From Candidatus Helarchaeota archaeon (GTDB taxonomy: Archaea; Asgardarchaeota; Lokiarchaeia; Helarchaeales; RDOG01), in contig JAHPZH010000002.1 in assembly GCA_019058315.1 (NCBI GenBank), positions 1,325,910-1,389,909 of the forward strand: a stretch of DNA of 64,000 nucleotides. Reading direction: 5' to 3'. Made by a program: the position numbers and the translations under genes. The notes under the pieces were generated by a model. It was not told the DNA's origin, did not search any database, and was given only the letters and a program-made list of their open reading frames with translations. Shown one piece after another: positions 15,623 to 26,045 of this stretch (within the stretch, counting starts at the first letter, position 1; each line of letters starts with the position of its first letter).

Positions 15623-17203
15623 TTATTTTTTTTGATTATTGCGTGCGCGAATCCTTATCAATGTATCAGATGGTTCATTCGATTTTTCGGGATAATCTAA
15701 AGTATAATGGAGTCCTCTACTTTCTTTTCTTAAAAGCGCAGAATTAATAATAATCTCAGCAACATCTGCAATGTTTCTCAGTTCAATTAAATCTGAGTTA
15801 ATTTTAAAATCTCGGTAAAACTGAGCTATTTCCTCCTGCAAATTCTTTATTCGTCTTTTAGCTCTTAATAATCTTTTATCTGTTCTTACTATTCCTACAT
15901 AATTCCACATAAGACGTCTAACTTCTTCCCAATTAAATGAAACTACTACCATTTCATCGCTGTCTACTGTTGAATTAGGGATCCATGAAATTACTTCACA
16001 AAAACCTATTCCTTTCTTTATTTGCTCTATACATTTATTAGCTGCATTATGTGCACAAACCAAAGCTTCAAGAAGCGAGTTTGAAGCTAATCTATTTGCA
16101 CCATGAAGACCTGTACAAGCCACTTCTCCTATTGCATATAAATTTTTAATATCTGTCTCCCCTGAAGTAGTAGTTTTAACACCTCCACATGCATAATGTG
16201 CTGCTGGAATTACCGGAATTGGTTGTTTAGTCATATCAATTCCAAAGGATAAACAAGTTTTATAAATATTGGGAAATCTTTTTCGAATAAAATCAGAATC
16301 TTTAAAGGAAAGATCCAAAAAAACACAATCATCACCGCTTTTTTTCAACTCATTATCAATTGCACGGGCAACAATATCTCGTGGAGCTAATTCTTTTAAT
16401 TCATGATATTTTTCCATGAACCGATTACCACTATTATCTAATAAAATTGCTCCCTCTCCTCTCAAAGCTTCGGAGATTAAAAAAGACTTTGCATAAGGAT
16501 GATATAGGCAAGTAGGATGAAATTGAACAAATTCCATATTAGCAATAGACGCCCCAGCTCGATAAGCCATAGCTACCCCATCACCACTTGCAATATCCGG
16601 ATTAGATGTAAATAGATAGACTTTTCCGATTCCTCCAGTTGCTAAAACAGTAATTTTAGCACAAATTTCTACTACTTCGCTGTCCTCTTTATTTAACACA
16701 TAACACCCAATACATTGTCCATTTTCAGTAGCTAAATCAATAGCGATAAAATTTTCATGAATTTCAATATTCTTATTGTTAGATACTGCTGTTAATAAGG
16801 CTTGCTCAATTTCCCGTCCTGTAAAATCAGTGGCATGTAAGACTCTTCTATGAGTATGCCCTCCCTCTTTTCCAAGATCATAATCTTTTCCATCTTCACT
16901 TTTTGAGAATTGAACTCCTAATTCAATTAATTCTTTTACTCTTATAGGAGCTGTTTTAATAATTTCTTCAACGACTTCTCGTTTACACAGTCCATCTCCT
17001 GATATTAAAGTGTCTTGTATATGCGAATCAAAAGAATCAAGGGGTGACATAACAGCAGCTATCCCTCCTTGTGCATAATTTGTGTTTGACTCGGCCTTTT
17101 CCTTTTTTGTAATTATCATCACTTTACCATGATTACTGACTTTCAATGAAAAAGTCAATCCAGCAATACCAGATCCGATAACTAGGAAATCGGTTTCTAT
17201 CAA
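15623..17203 (-). CDS. nadB: L-aspartate oxidase
   Basis: GSGIAG FAD motif, NTNYAQGGIA, EGGHTHRRVLH, QFHPT, SEALRGEG, AAHYACGG, GLHGANRLASNSLLE, ESRGLHY. Confidence 0.97.
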   Translation of the reverse strand: MIETDFLVIGSGIAGLTFSLKVSNHGKVMIITKKEKAESNTNYAQGGIAAVMSPLDSFDSHIQDTLISGDGLCKREVVEEIIKTAPIRVKELIELGVQFSKSEDGKDYDLGKEGGHTHRRVLHATDFTGREIEQALLTAVSNNKNIEIHENFIAIDLATENGQCIGCYVLNKEDSEVVEICAKITVLATGGIGKVYLFTSNPDIASGDGVAMAYRAGASIANMEFVQFHPTCLYHPYAKSFLISEALRGEGAILLDNSGNRFMEKYHELKELAPRDIVARAIDNELKKSGDDCVFLDLSFKDSDFIRKRFPNIYKTCLSFGIDMTKQPIPVIPAAHYACGGVKTTTSGETDIKNLYAIGEVACTGLHGANRLASNSLLEALVCAHNAANKCIEQIKKGIGFCEVISWIPNSTVDSDEMVVVSFNWEEVRRLMWNYVGIVRTDKRLLRAKRRIKNLQEEIAQFYRDFKINSDLIELRNIADVAEIIINSALLRKESRGLHYTLDYPEKSNEPSDTLIRIRARNNQKK

Positions 17204-17228
17204 CTGAACACCTTAAATTCATGAATCA

Positions 17229-18029
17229 TTATTTACCTTTAAACTTAGGTTTTCTTTTTTCAAAAAATGACATAACTCCTTCTCGATAATCATTTGTTTT
17301 CGCCATTTTTATTTGTGTCTGCCTTTCTTCCTCGGCTTGTGCTTCTTCAGATTGCTTAAAATAATTATAAAGCATCTTTTTCGTAGCTTGTACCGCTAAT
17401 GGTGGTCCAGCAGCTATTTTTTTTGCATATTCCATTGTCGCGGTTTCTAATTCTGCTTGAGGAACAATTTTATTTATTAAACCAAGATCTAAAGCCTCCT
17501 TTGCAGAGATGCTATCACCAATTAGGCAAAGTTCAGCTGCTTTCTTAAGACTAACTAATTTTGGTAAAATTAATGTTGAATGTCCTGCGGCTATTAAACC
17601 TACTTTGACAAAACTCACACTAAAATTTGAATTATCTGCAGCAATCACAATATCACATGCTAGGGCAAGAGTCATCCCTGCACCAATTGCAAATCCATGA
17701 ACTGAAGCAATAACTGGCTTAGAAATCTTTTGAACTTTGGGAATTGCAGTATAAATGGCTTTTAACAAATTATTCATATAAATATCAGGATTATCATCTA
17801 AAGTATTCCTCATCTCTTTTAAATTTCCACCTGAACTAAACCCTTTTCCAGCACCTTTCAGTACTATAACTCTTACATCAGAATCTTTATCACATTCGTC
17901 TAAAGCTTTATGCAATTCAGTTGAAATCACAACACCTAAAGCATTGCGATTTTTAGGTGCATTTAATGTGATAATTGCTATATGTCCCTCTTTCTCAACA
18001 ATTAATTCTTCATAATTCAATTTAATCAT
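17229..18029 (-). CDS. Enoyl-CoA hydratase/isomerase (crotonase) family protein
   Basis: FSSGGNL, PVIASVHGFAIGAG, ACDIVIA and C-terminal EKRKPKFKG. Confidence 0.92.
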   Translation of the reverse strand: MIKLNYEELIVEKEGHIAIITLNAPKNRNALGVVISTELHKALDECDKDSDVRVIVLKGAGKGFSSGGNLKEMRNTLDDNPDIYMNNLLKAIYTAIPKVQKISKPVIASVHGFAIGAGMTLALACDIVIAADNSNFSVSFVKVGLIAAGHSTLILPKLVSLKKAAELCLIGDSISAKEALDLGLINKIVPQAELETATMEYAKKIAAGPPLAVQATKKMLYNYFKQSEEAQAEEERQTQIKMAKTNDYREGVMSFFEKRKPKFKGK

Positions 18030-18158
18030 CTAACCTTATTGATTTGAGTTTTTTAAATATCTAATTATTTCTGTAATTATACATATTATTAATTTTAGAA
18101 TTTAATAAAAAAACTTGAAATAATAAGCTTAAAATGTAAAATATTAATTTATTATTAA

Positions 18159-18440
18159 TTATTCTTCTTCTTTTCGACGATAATAAGCAACTATAGCGAT
18201 TAAAACAACAACTATGCCTATTAGAACGCCTATATAAATGTACCTAGGATCTATATAAAATTCAGGTAACCAATCCTCCCAAGTACGTGGATCCCTCGGA
18301 TTTGGAAGTTCAGGTATAACCGGGGGAACATATTCAATTTTGGGATAAGGTTCTATTAAAGGGTAAAAAAAGAACCACAATATAAAGGAAAAAAATATGA
18401 TTCCGAGAAAAAATAATCTAAAAAATATAACATCTTTCAT
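18159..18440 (-). CDS. Small two-TM membrane protein with Pro-rich loop
   Basis: 93 aa. N- and C-terminal hydrophobic helices with a YYRRKEEE tail. Confidence 0.6.
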   Translation of the reverse strand: MKDVIFFRLFFLGIIFFSFILWFFFYPLIEPYPKIEYVPPVIPELPNPRDPRTWEDWLPEFYIDPRYIYIGVLIGIVVVLIAIVAYYRRKEEE

Positions 18441-18494
18441 AATCTTCAGATCTCTAAAAACCTTTAAGAATTATTTTTTAATTTTATTAAAAGT

Positions 18495-19760
18495 ATGAAG
18501 ACTGATAAAAGTTATCAAAATTATATGCTCGAATTTATTGAACGAATATGCAGAGACATTGGACCTAGATTGGCAACCACAGAGAAAGAATACCAAGCCA
18601 TTGATGAGATTGAGAAGGAATTAAAAGATTTTTCAGACGAAACCATTCGAGACGAATTTTATTGCACGAATAAAGCCTATCCTGGTGGATTTACTCATGT
18701 GGCAGGTGTCTTATGCATTATAGGCTTTTGTTTCTTTCCAACCCCATTATCCATTTTAACAACAATTTTATGTGCATTAGGTATTTTAGTGCTTATATTA
18801 GAACTAATGGTTCTGGTAGAATTCATTGATTTCTTATATCCCAAGAGGAAATCATTCAATATATTTGGAAAAATTAAGCCCATATCTTCTCCTAAAAAGC
18901 TAATAATCTTTGGAGGACACTCAGATTCGGCATATAATTTTCCATTTACAAAATATGGAACAAAAATGAATACGATGATGTATTTAGGAATTGGATTGGC
19001 AGTATATGCGATTTTATTGTCTCCAATTAAATTTATTCTTCAATTTATTATCCAAGATTTTGTAATTTGGGAGTTAATGTTTACTGGAATACCAATTTTT
19101 ACATTTACAATAATAGATGTTATATTTTTTATTCCTTTCATAGCTTGGTTTCCATTTTTTTTATATATTATTATAAGATTTGTAGGAAAAACATTAGTTC
19201 CTGGTGCAAATGATAACCTTTCTGGGGTTGCAGTTGCTTTAGCTATTGGAAAATATTTAGCAGCAGACCATCGCCCTCAAAACGTCGAAGTATGGATTGG
19301 GTCTTTCGGAGCAGAAGAAGTAGGACAACGAGGATCTAAAGCATTTGTAAGAAAATATGGAAAAAAGGGAATTTTAGATAATAGTTTAAGTGTAGCTCTT
19401 GAATCTGTTGGGGGTGGTGAAGGTATTGGTATTCTAACAACAGAGAAGATGTATTTTACCACTCATTATAAGGAAGTTTACGAACCAATGTATGAAGCAT
19501 TTCAAAAATATGAAAGCGAAAATAAAGGAGTTGTCCCTGGTCAACTACATGAGGCGGTATTTGCAGGAACTGATGCAGTCCGATTTTCAAAAAAAGGATA
19601 TCCCGCTTGTGCTGTTGTCGGCGGGGCTATTGAGACGTTATTTCTGAAAAACTGGCACTCACCAGCCGATATTCCTGAGAATTTAAATAAGAGATTAATG
19701 AGAGATGTTCTAGAAACATGCTTACATTTCATTGAATTAATAGATCAGAGGATATCATAA
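18495..19760 (+). CDS. Membrane-embedded M28/M20 family zinc metallopeptidase
   Basis: GGHSDS, PGANDNLSG, AEEVG, TDA and NWHSPAD motifs, interrupted by two hydrophobic hairpins. Confidence 0.88.
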   Translation: MKTDKSYQNYMLEFIERICRDIGPRLATTEKEYQAIDEIEKELKDFSDETIRDEFYCTNKAYPGGFTHVAGVLCIIGFCFFPTPLSILTTILCALGILVLILELMVLVEFIDFLYPKRKSFNIFGKIKPISSPKKLIIFGGHSDSAYNFPFTKYGTKMNTMMYLGIGLAVYAILLSPIKFILQFIIQDFVIWELMFTGIPIFTFTIIDVIFFIPFIAWFPFFLYIIIRFVGKTLVPGANDNLSGVAVALAIGKYLAADHRPQNVEVWIGSFGAEEVGQRGSKAFVRKYGKKGILDNSLSVALESVGGGEGIGILTTEKMYFTTHYKEVYEPMYEAFQKYESENKGVVPGQLHEAVFAGTDAVRFSKKGYPACAVVGGAIETLFLKNWHSPADIPENLNKRLMRDVLETCLHFIELIDQRIS

Positions 19761-19962
19761 TTACTTTTTATTAAAAGAAGACTGATAAATTTATCAAAAG
19801 AATATTGAGATATTTCTGACCACTTATTTTAAATTTAAATTAGTATAATACAAAAGCAAAAAAGTAAGGGATTTTAATTCTTAGATATAGATTTTGGATA
19901 TCATATATGAAGAGATGAGATTCAAGTTTTTTTTTAGAAAAAAATAAAAGGAGAAGATTAAG

Positions 19963-21417
19963 TTGGATGAGTGTATTCATAAAGTCGCAAAATCGATTAT
20001 GGACACGATGGGGAAAATTACAGGTGTTAGAGTTTATGTTTCAATTGCAGATCATAAAGGAGACATAATTTATTCCGATTCTGCATTTGATAATTATAAA
20101 GATTTTATTAAAACATTTGTCCAAGTAAACTTTAAATATCTTCAAAAAGGGGACCATTCCATCCCTCTTAGCTCAGAAAATATAATCTTTTTCAAAAGTT
20201 CCGACAATTCTATGATAATATTATATAACCCAAAGGGAAAAATAGGGCAATTATTAACATTCAAAGGTATAATGGACAATTATACCAATTCTCTTGAAGA
20301 GTGTACCTTACAAATTGAGAGTGTTCCAATAAAAGAAATTGAACAACCTCTAGGTATACCTCTTATAGAAATAAAAGTTCCAATTTTCTCTCTCAAAGAG
20401 AAATTATATAAAAATTTAATACCTGTTCTCGAGAAAAAAGTTAAGGAACAAAAGAAATTCAGTTTAACTGAAGGTATTGTTCTTAATAAGTGTGATGGCA
20501 ACCAAAATCTATTTAATATTATAAAAAGTGTGGAACTTAAAGAAGATGAAGTTCTAAATATTCTAGATACTTTTTCAGAAAAAAACCAATTGTGTTTTAA
20601 AGAATTCGAAATTTTAAAAGTAAATTGTCCTCTTTGCAAAAATCATACAACTTTATTTTTACCTGAATTTATTTTGGATAAAGTTGAAAATAAATTACGA
20701 GTTCAACTTGATCCAGAAGACTGTGATCATACTTTTGTGGCATTGATTGATAAAAAATTAAGAATTAAAACCAAAGCAATTGAGAGCTTGTCTAACTCTA
20801 GCGATGAATTGGATACTTCAAAATTATCCATAAAAAATTTAATTTCTTTCTTAGGTGAAGATCTATTCTTCAACATTTTTCATGCAATTTTTATCCAGTT
20901 GAAAATAGTGTTTATAGGAGAAGAACCAGTTATTAGAGATATTACTCAATTTTTTAAAAAAATTTTTCCGCAAATAAAATATGAAGAAGATATCATCTGT
21001 ATTAATCAGACCGAATTTAAAAAGAATTTCAAAAAATATAAAAAAAATCTCATTATTGACTTTAATTCTCATATAATTGTTAACCCATTTCAAGAAGATT
21101 TGTTTGATTTCGAATCAAAATTATTAAAAAACGTATTAAAAATCGAAGATGAAAATTTACAAATTTTAACAACTAATTCAGAATTTGAACACTTAATTTT
21201 ATTGACTGAAAAAATTTTAAAAGATATTGAATTTTTTCAAACTATATCAGAGGATGTTTTAATAAAAAATGTAGAAACATTGCATGGAATTAAACTCAAT
21301 CGTTATGAAATTCCTTTAATCAAACAAATTTCTAATATTTATTATGGTACTGATATTTCTAAAAAAATTACCAGCACAATCTCTAGTCAAGTAAGTAGCT
21401 GGTTCGATAAATGGTAA
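19963..21417 (+). CDS. Multidomain hypothetical protein (roadblock/longin-like N-terminus, CxxC...CxH zinc site, DENN-like C-terminal region)
   Basis: SIADHKGDII alpha/beta N-terminus, CPLC...CDHTF and FHAIFIQLKIVFIG. GGAG RBS before the TTG start. Confidence 0.5.
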   Translation: MDECIHKVAKSIMDTMGKITGVRVYVSIADHKGDIIYSDSAFDNYKDFIKTFVQVNFKYLQKGDHSIPLSSENIIFFKSSDNSMIILYNPKGKIGQLLTFKGIMDNYTNSLEECTLQIESVPIKEIEQPLGIPLIEIKVPIFSLKEKLYKNLIPVLEKKVKEQKKFSLTEGIVLNKCDGNQNLFNIIKSVELKEDEVLNILDTFSEKNQLCFKEFEILKVNCPLCKNHTTLFLPEFILDKVENKLRVQLDPEDCDHTFVALIDKKLRIKTKAIESLSNSSDELDTSKLSIKNLISFLGEDLFFNIFHAIFIQLKIVFIGEEPVIRDITQFFKKIFPQIKYEEDIICINQTEFKKNFKKYKKNLIIDFNSHIIVNPFQEDLFDFESKLLKNVLKIEDENLQILTTNSEFEHLILLTEKILKDIEFFQTISEDVLIKNVETLHGIKLNRYEIPLIKQISNIYYGTDISKKITSTISSQVSSWFDKW

Positions 21418-21504
21418 ATAGTATGATAAAAAAATTATTATAATAAAATGAAAAGAGGGGATATATTAAATTCGAATATATAAGTTTTAGAAAAAATGGA
21501 ATAA

Positions 21505-21903
21505 ATGAGAAAAATGGGATTTATAAAATTTCTAAATGGTATAATGAGAAGACTTTTACTTACAAATACGCAATTGGATTCCATTTCTCAAGAAAAATCT
21601 GATGGAAATGTTATACAAGATAAAATGACTTTAAATATTCAGACTTTTACAAATATGATGTTTAATGATTTCTTTCAAATACAAGGCTATTCTGATGAAA
21701 CATATCGACAGCTTTTTCAAGAAATTAACAATATTTTAAAGGAAAATCCAGTTCTTGCACCAACACTATTTGCACATTTAAAGAGATTTAGCGATTATTC
21801 AAGAGCAATGCATAAAAATTTGCGAAAATACCTAAAAGAACAATTAGGAGATCTCTTGGAAGAAAAAACAGATTTAGAGACTTCTGAAGGTTCTCTGGAT
21901 TAA
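21505..21903 (+). CDS. Hypothetical helical protein
   Basis: 132-aa ORF filling an otherwise empty interval. Start uncertain. Confidence 0.55.
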   Translation: MRKMGFIKFLNGIMRRLLLTNTQLDSISQEKSDGNVIQDKMTLNIQTFTNMMFNDFFQIQGYSDETYRQLFQEINNILKENPVLAPTLFAHLKRFSDYSRAMHKNLRKYLKEQLGDLLEEKTDLETSEGSLD

Positions 21904-22014
21904 CTAAATAATTTAAATAATTCGTTCTTTATGCCATCAAAACCCATTTTTAGATAAATTTTTATTATAATACATAATTTTTTATTTAATTTCTAATACT
22001 TGGGATGATATAAT

Positions 22015-23139
22015 ATGAAAGTGAAATTTGGAATTGAATTATTTTTTAGTCATAGTTATGATTTTGTAAGGAAAAAATTAAAGTCGGCGGTAAAAGAGGG
22101 TTGGGACTCGGTCTGGCTTCCTGATCATTTACGTGGAATGCCCCCTGGGTCTATCGATGATTTTCTTTGCGTATGGCCAATGTTAGGGTCATTTGCGGAG
22201 TTAGCTCCAGATATGACATTTGGAGTCGGTGTAACTGAACCACATCGTCTTCATCCAGCGAGCCTTGCCCAAACTACAACTACACTGGATCATATAACGA
22301 ATGGTAAATTTATTTTAGGAATTGGTGCGGGTGAAGCGATGAACTTAAAATGTTATGGAATTGATCATAGCTACGCAGTTTCAAAAATGAGGGAACATAT
22401 GGAGATAATGCATGAATTCTGGCATTCAGAAGGAAAAGAAATAAATTTTGATGGTCGGTTTTATCACCTAAAAAAGGCAGTCTTACTTCCTCCTCCCATA
22501 CAACGATCCAAAGATGGAAAACCTCACGTACCTATTTGGGTGGCTGGTAATGGCCCTAAAACCAAACAGATGACCGGTGAATTAGCAGATGGGTGGATAC
22601 CATTGCTCTCTTCTCCTAAACTTTATAAAGAAGATCTTGAAGATATTAAAAAAGCAATGGTTAAATCAAATCGAGATCCTAAAGATTTTACTGCAGGTGC
22701 CTATAGCCGAATATACATAAACAACGATGAAAAAAAGATTAAACAACATATAAATGGTCAAAAAATGGGTCTAATGATGGCTCCCCGCGTATTAAAATGC
22801 CATGGTTATTGGAAGGAAGAATATTGCGAGCTTTACGATGAAATTGGATTAAATCCAAATAGATTATCCATATTAGAATATGATTCGAATGATTTAAAGA
22901 AAATAAGGATAGATAAACTATTTCCAATAATCAAAGATATTCCAGATGAAATGGTTAGAGAACAAGGATTAATAGGCAATGAGGAAGAAATAATAAAAAA
23001 ATTTGAAAAATATATCCAATCTGGAGCAGAATATATTGTCTTAGAAATTTTAAACGGAGCTTCAAGAAAAAACGCACCTTTTACATACTTCGACGTCTCA
23101 AAAATATTAGCAGAAAAAATAATACCACAATTTCAGTAA
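22015..23139 (+). CDS. LLM-class flavin (probably F420)-dependent oxidoreductase
   Basis: DSVWLPDH, TLDHITNGKFILGIGAG, VPIWVAGNGPK and GELADGW. Confidence 0.9.
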   Translation: MKVKFGIELFFSHSYDFVRKKLKSAVKEGWDSVWLPDHLRGMPPGSIDDFLCVWPMLGSFAELAPDMTFGVGVTEPHRLHPASLAQTTTTLDHITNGKFILGIGAGEAMNLKCYGIDHSYAVSKMREHMEIMHEFWHSEGKEINFDGRFYHLKKAVLLPPPIQRSKDGKPHVPIWVAGNGPKTKQMTGELADGWIPLLSSPKLYKEDLEDIKKAMVKSNRDPKDFTAGAYSRIYINNDEKKIKQHINGQKMGLMMAPRVLKCHGYWKEEYCELYDEIGLNPNRLSILEYDSNDLKKIRIDKLFPIIKDIPDEMVREQGLIGNEEEIIKKFEKYIQSGAEYIVLEILNGASRKNAPFTYFDVSKILAEKIIPQFQ

Positions 23140-23217
23140 TAACTCATTTTCAATCTTTAAAATTTAAAAATCTCTTTTGGATTGTAACTATACATAATTA
23201 AATTTGAGTTAAGTAAA

Positions 23218-24006
23218 ATGACAAACACATTAGATTTATTCAAATTAGAAGATAAAGTTGCAATAGTTACTGGTGGCGCAGCGGGGATTGGTATTGATAT
23301 ATGCCAAGCATTAGCAGATTTCGGTGCTAAAATAGTAGTTGTAGGGCGTGGAAAGCATGGTTCCGTGGATGATATTGCGAAAAAAATTTTAAAAAATCAT
23401 AATACAGAAGCTATTGGTGTAAAATGTGATGTCGGAGACAAATCATCAGTTGAAAGTATGGTTAAGCAAGCTATAGATAAATTTGGAAAGGTGGATATAT
23501 TAATAAATAATGCTGGAATAACCTGGGGCACACCTTCCGAAAAAATGGCATTAGATGATTGGGAAAAAGTAATTAGAACTAATCTAACTGGTTCATTCCT
23601 TTGTTCTCAAGCAGTTGCACAAGACATGATAGCCCGAAAACAAGGTGGGGTTATATTGAATACCTCAAGTATTTGGAGTATTAGAGGTGCAAATTGGGGT
23701 GCAGTAGGCTATGCTAGTTCAAAAGCGGGTTTAAATGGGATGACTCGCCAACTTGCTGTCGAATGGGCAAAACATAAAATCCGTGTTAATGCAATTTTAT
23801 TGTCGTTTTTTCCTTCAGCTATGTCAAATTTCTTTATTGATAATTTCAAACGAATAATAAAAAGATCGACTCCATTAGGCCGAATTGGCTGTCCAGATGA
23901 TTTTAAAGGGTTAGTAATAGCATTGGTATCAGATGCGGGTGCTTTTGTAACGGGTCAAACTCTAGTAATAGATGGCGGAACAAGTATCGCAATGAGTGTA
24001 GGCTAA
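23218..24006 (+). CDS. Short-chain dehydrogenase/reductase (FabG/gluconate 5-dehydrogenase-like)
   Basis: TGGAAGIG, NNAG and catalytic YASSK. Confidence 0.93.
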   Translation: MTNTLDLFKLEDKVAIVTGGAAGIGIDICQALADFGAKIVVVGRGKHGSVDDIAKKILKNHNTEAIGVKCDVGDKSSVESMVKQAIDKFGKVDILINNAGITWGTPSEKMALDDWEKVIRTNLTGSFLCSQAVAQDMIARKQGGVILNTSSIWSIRGANWGAVGYASSKAGLNGMTRQLAVEWAKHKIRVNAILLSFFPSAMSNFFIDNFKRIIKRSTPLGRIGCPDDFKGLVIALVSDAGAFVTGQTLVIDGGTSIAMSVG

Positions 24007-24064
24007 TTTAACAAATCTAAAAATTTATTTTTTATTCTAATTTGCACTTAGAACTTATTCTAAC

Positions 24065-24937
24065 TCACAAAATTTCAGTCAGATCATATTTTTCTAAACC
24101 TAACTTACCCTCAAAAGTAGCTGCAGTAATTTTTAGAACTCCTTTCATATCTTTAATTTCCTCTATACCACGATTTAGAGCTTGAAAGAGAGTCATAACA
24201 TCAATACTATCAACAACAATTTGATAACCTGCCGTTTCTGGTAACATTTCAGTATCTTTAACTTTTTTCTGCAAGTCGGGACAGAATCTATGGTCAAATG
24301 TTCCCTTTTTTTTCATAAAATCATAATTAAGAGAGTCTAATTTAATTATAAATTTAGTCATTCCACCCGAAAAAGGACAAATTACGCCCTCTGTATCTTG
24401 AATCACCTCAGTGAATTCCATTCCTGCCTTTAATGCAACATCCTTCTTTCCAATTATAATTATATTAGTGCTTACTCCTTCAATAATGCCAAATGTTGAT
24501 TCTAAAAGCATATTTCCTTCCATTGTCGGGAGACTCCAGACTTCACGATCCTTAAAATTGCCTTTTTTTTGGAATCCATCACCAAATAAACTAATTGCTT
24601 TTCCAATTTCTAATTTTTTCACATTTGGATCTTCAATCATCGCATCATAAACAGATATAGTAGGACAAGGAAGGAGGTTTTGGAAGATTCTTCTAGCTAG
24701 TTCTTGTTCTAATAATTTTTTATTAGGTGCACAAATCATCATTATTACTCCTGGTCGATTGTCAATTGTGTTTTCTGATCGAATATCTACTCCCGCTTCA
24801 ACTCCTTTCTTATTTCCAAATCCAGAGGCTGCCCGAGCCCCTGTCAAAGCCCATTCTTGAGATATTGCAGTAATAAGTATTCTGGATATCCAAAGAGGGT
24901 ACAATTCCCCTTTTCCTTCAATTTTTATTTCACTCAT
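24065..24937 (-). CDS. Divergent formyltransferase (Ftr)-like paralog
   Basis: Collinear with the adjacent Ftr (RILITAISQEWA, EAG, RPG, FGDGFQKK, PTMEG, FCP, GKLG) but lacks the GGNF/SGSK/E motifs. Confidence 0.8.
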   Translation of the reverse strand: MSEIKIEGKGELYPLWISRILITAISQEWALTGARAASGFGNKKGVEAGVDIRSENTIDNRPGVIMMICAPNKKLLEQELARRIFQNLLPCPTISVYDAMIEDPNVKKLEIGKAISLFGDGFQKKGNFKDREVWSLPTMEGNMLLESTFGIIEGVSTNIIIIGKKDVALKAGMEFTEVIQDTEGVICPFSGGMTKFIIKLDSLNYDFMKKKGTFDHRFCPDLQKKVKDTEMLPETAGYQIVVDSIDVMTLFQALNRGIEEIKDMKGVLKITAATFEGKLGLEKYDLTEIL

Positions 24938-24973
24938 TAAATAACTCCAAAAAATTTTTAAAAAATGAAAAAA

Positions 24974-25927
24974 TTAAAGCCCTAAGACTTCTTTTAGATG
25001 GATATTATGCTTACCAAGTTTTCCCCCATAGTTACCTGCTGAGATCTTTTTAATTCCAGGAACTTTAACAGCCGCTTTGATACCTGCTGCCGTAGCCTCC
25101 TTTAATAAATCTAAACTCAGACCATTAAATACTAGCTCTAGAACGCAGTTAACATCAGAAGGTACACTTGAGCCCTCTACTTCGCCTTTTAGTGTAGGAC
25201 AGAACAAGTGATTAGTGGAGGCGTGCAAGAATTTTGAATATTTTAAAGAACCAGTTTTTGATCCTGAACGACAAACTCCTCCTGGAAAGCTTGCTATTAC
25301 TCCTTTTATTTTAATCATTTCATCTGCTGCAGCTTTAGCCGCTTTAAGCGTATTTCCGGCATTATCACCCATTATAAAGAAATTTCCGCCTGCAATTCCC
25401 TTTTTGGCTTTGAACTTTTCTTCAATAATAAACTCACCCTCCATGACTGGGATTTTCCAGATTGTCCTTCCAGCTAATGTGTCTTTCTTTTCAAAACCAT
25501 CTCCAAAGTAACGCAACATTCCACCCGTATTAAAAACAGCAGGTGCTGGCACCTTAGTTCCATCTTTTTGTTTCTTTTGATATATGTCAGCTTCCATTCC
25601 GAGCCAATCAAAAGCAGCTGAAGTTGGTGCGGTGAGTACACATTGACCCATCCTATTCATTAAGGCTTTTCCTAAATTAGCTCTTTTAGAACAAAGCATC
25701 ACAGCAATACCGGGTCTACCATCTGGTGTGTCAGACTTTGGAACAATAGAGTCAAATCCTGCTTCACAATCGCAAGCAATTGTACTAACTGCGAAACCAC
25801 TAAAAGTTGATGCAATTATTACAGCCCAATCTTCATCAATGGCAGTTATTAATGGTCTTACACACCATATATCAAAAGCCTCTGCATAAGTATCATCTAT
25901 ATCTACTCCATTTAATTGTAATACCAA
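24974..25927 (-). CDS. ftr: Formylmethanofuran:tetrahydromethanopterin N-formyltransferase
   Basis: IDDTYAEAF, CDCEAG, TPDGRPG, GQCVLTAPT, GGNF, RSGSK, ASTNHLFCPTL and SAGNYGGKLG. TTG at 25927 with a GGAG RBS is preferred over 25969. Confidence 0.96.
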   Translation of the reverse strand: MVLQLNGVDIDDTYAEAFDIWCVRPLITAIDEDWAVIIASTFSGFAVSTIACDCEAGFDSIVPKSDTPDGRPGIAVMLCSKRANLGKALMNRMGQCVLTAPTSAAFDWLGMEADIYQKKQKDGTKVPAPAVFNTGGMLRYFGDGFEKKDTLAGRTIWKIPVMEGEFIIEEKFKAKKGIAGGNFFIMGDNAGNTLKAAKAAADEMIKIKGVIASFPGGVCRSGSKTGSLKYSKFLHASTNHLFCPTLKGEVEGSSVPSDVNCVLELVFNGLSLDLLKEATAAGIKAAVKVPGIKKISAGNYGGKLGKHNIHLKEVLGL

Positions 25928-26045
25928 AATATCAACTCCAAAGTAAGTAAATCGATTACTATTTCTCAATTATTTTTTAATATCTATTTTTTTAATTACA
26001 AATATAAATTATTAGTAAAATTGATTATTATAAAAAGGTGTATTA

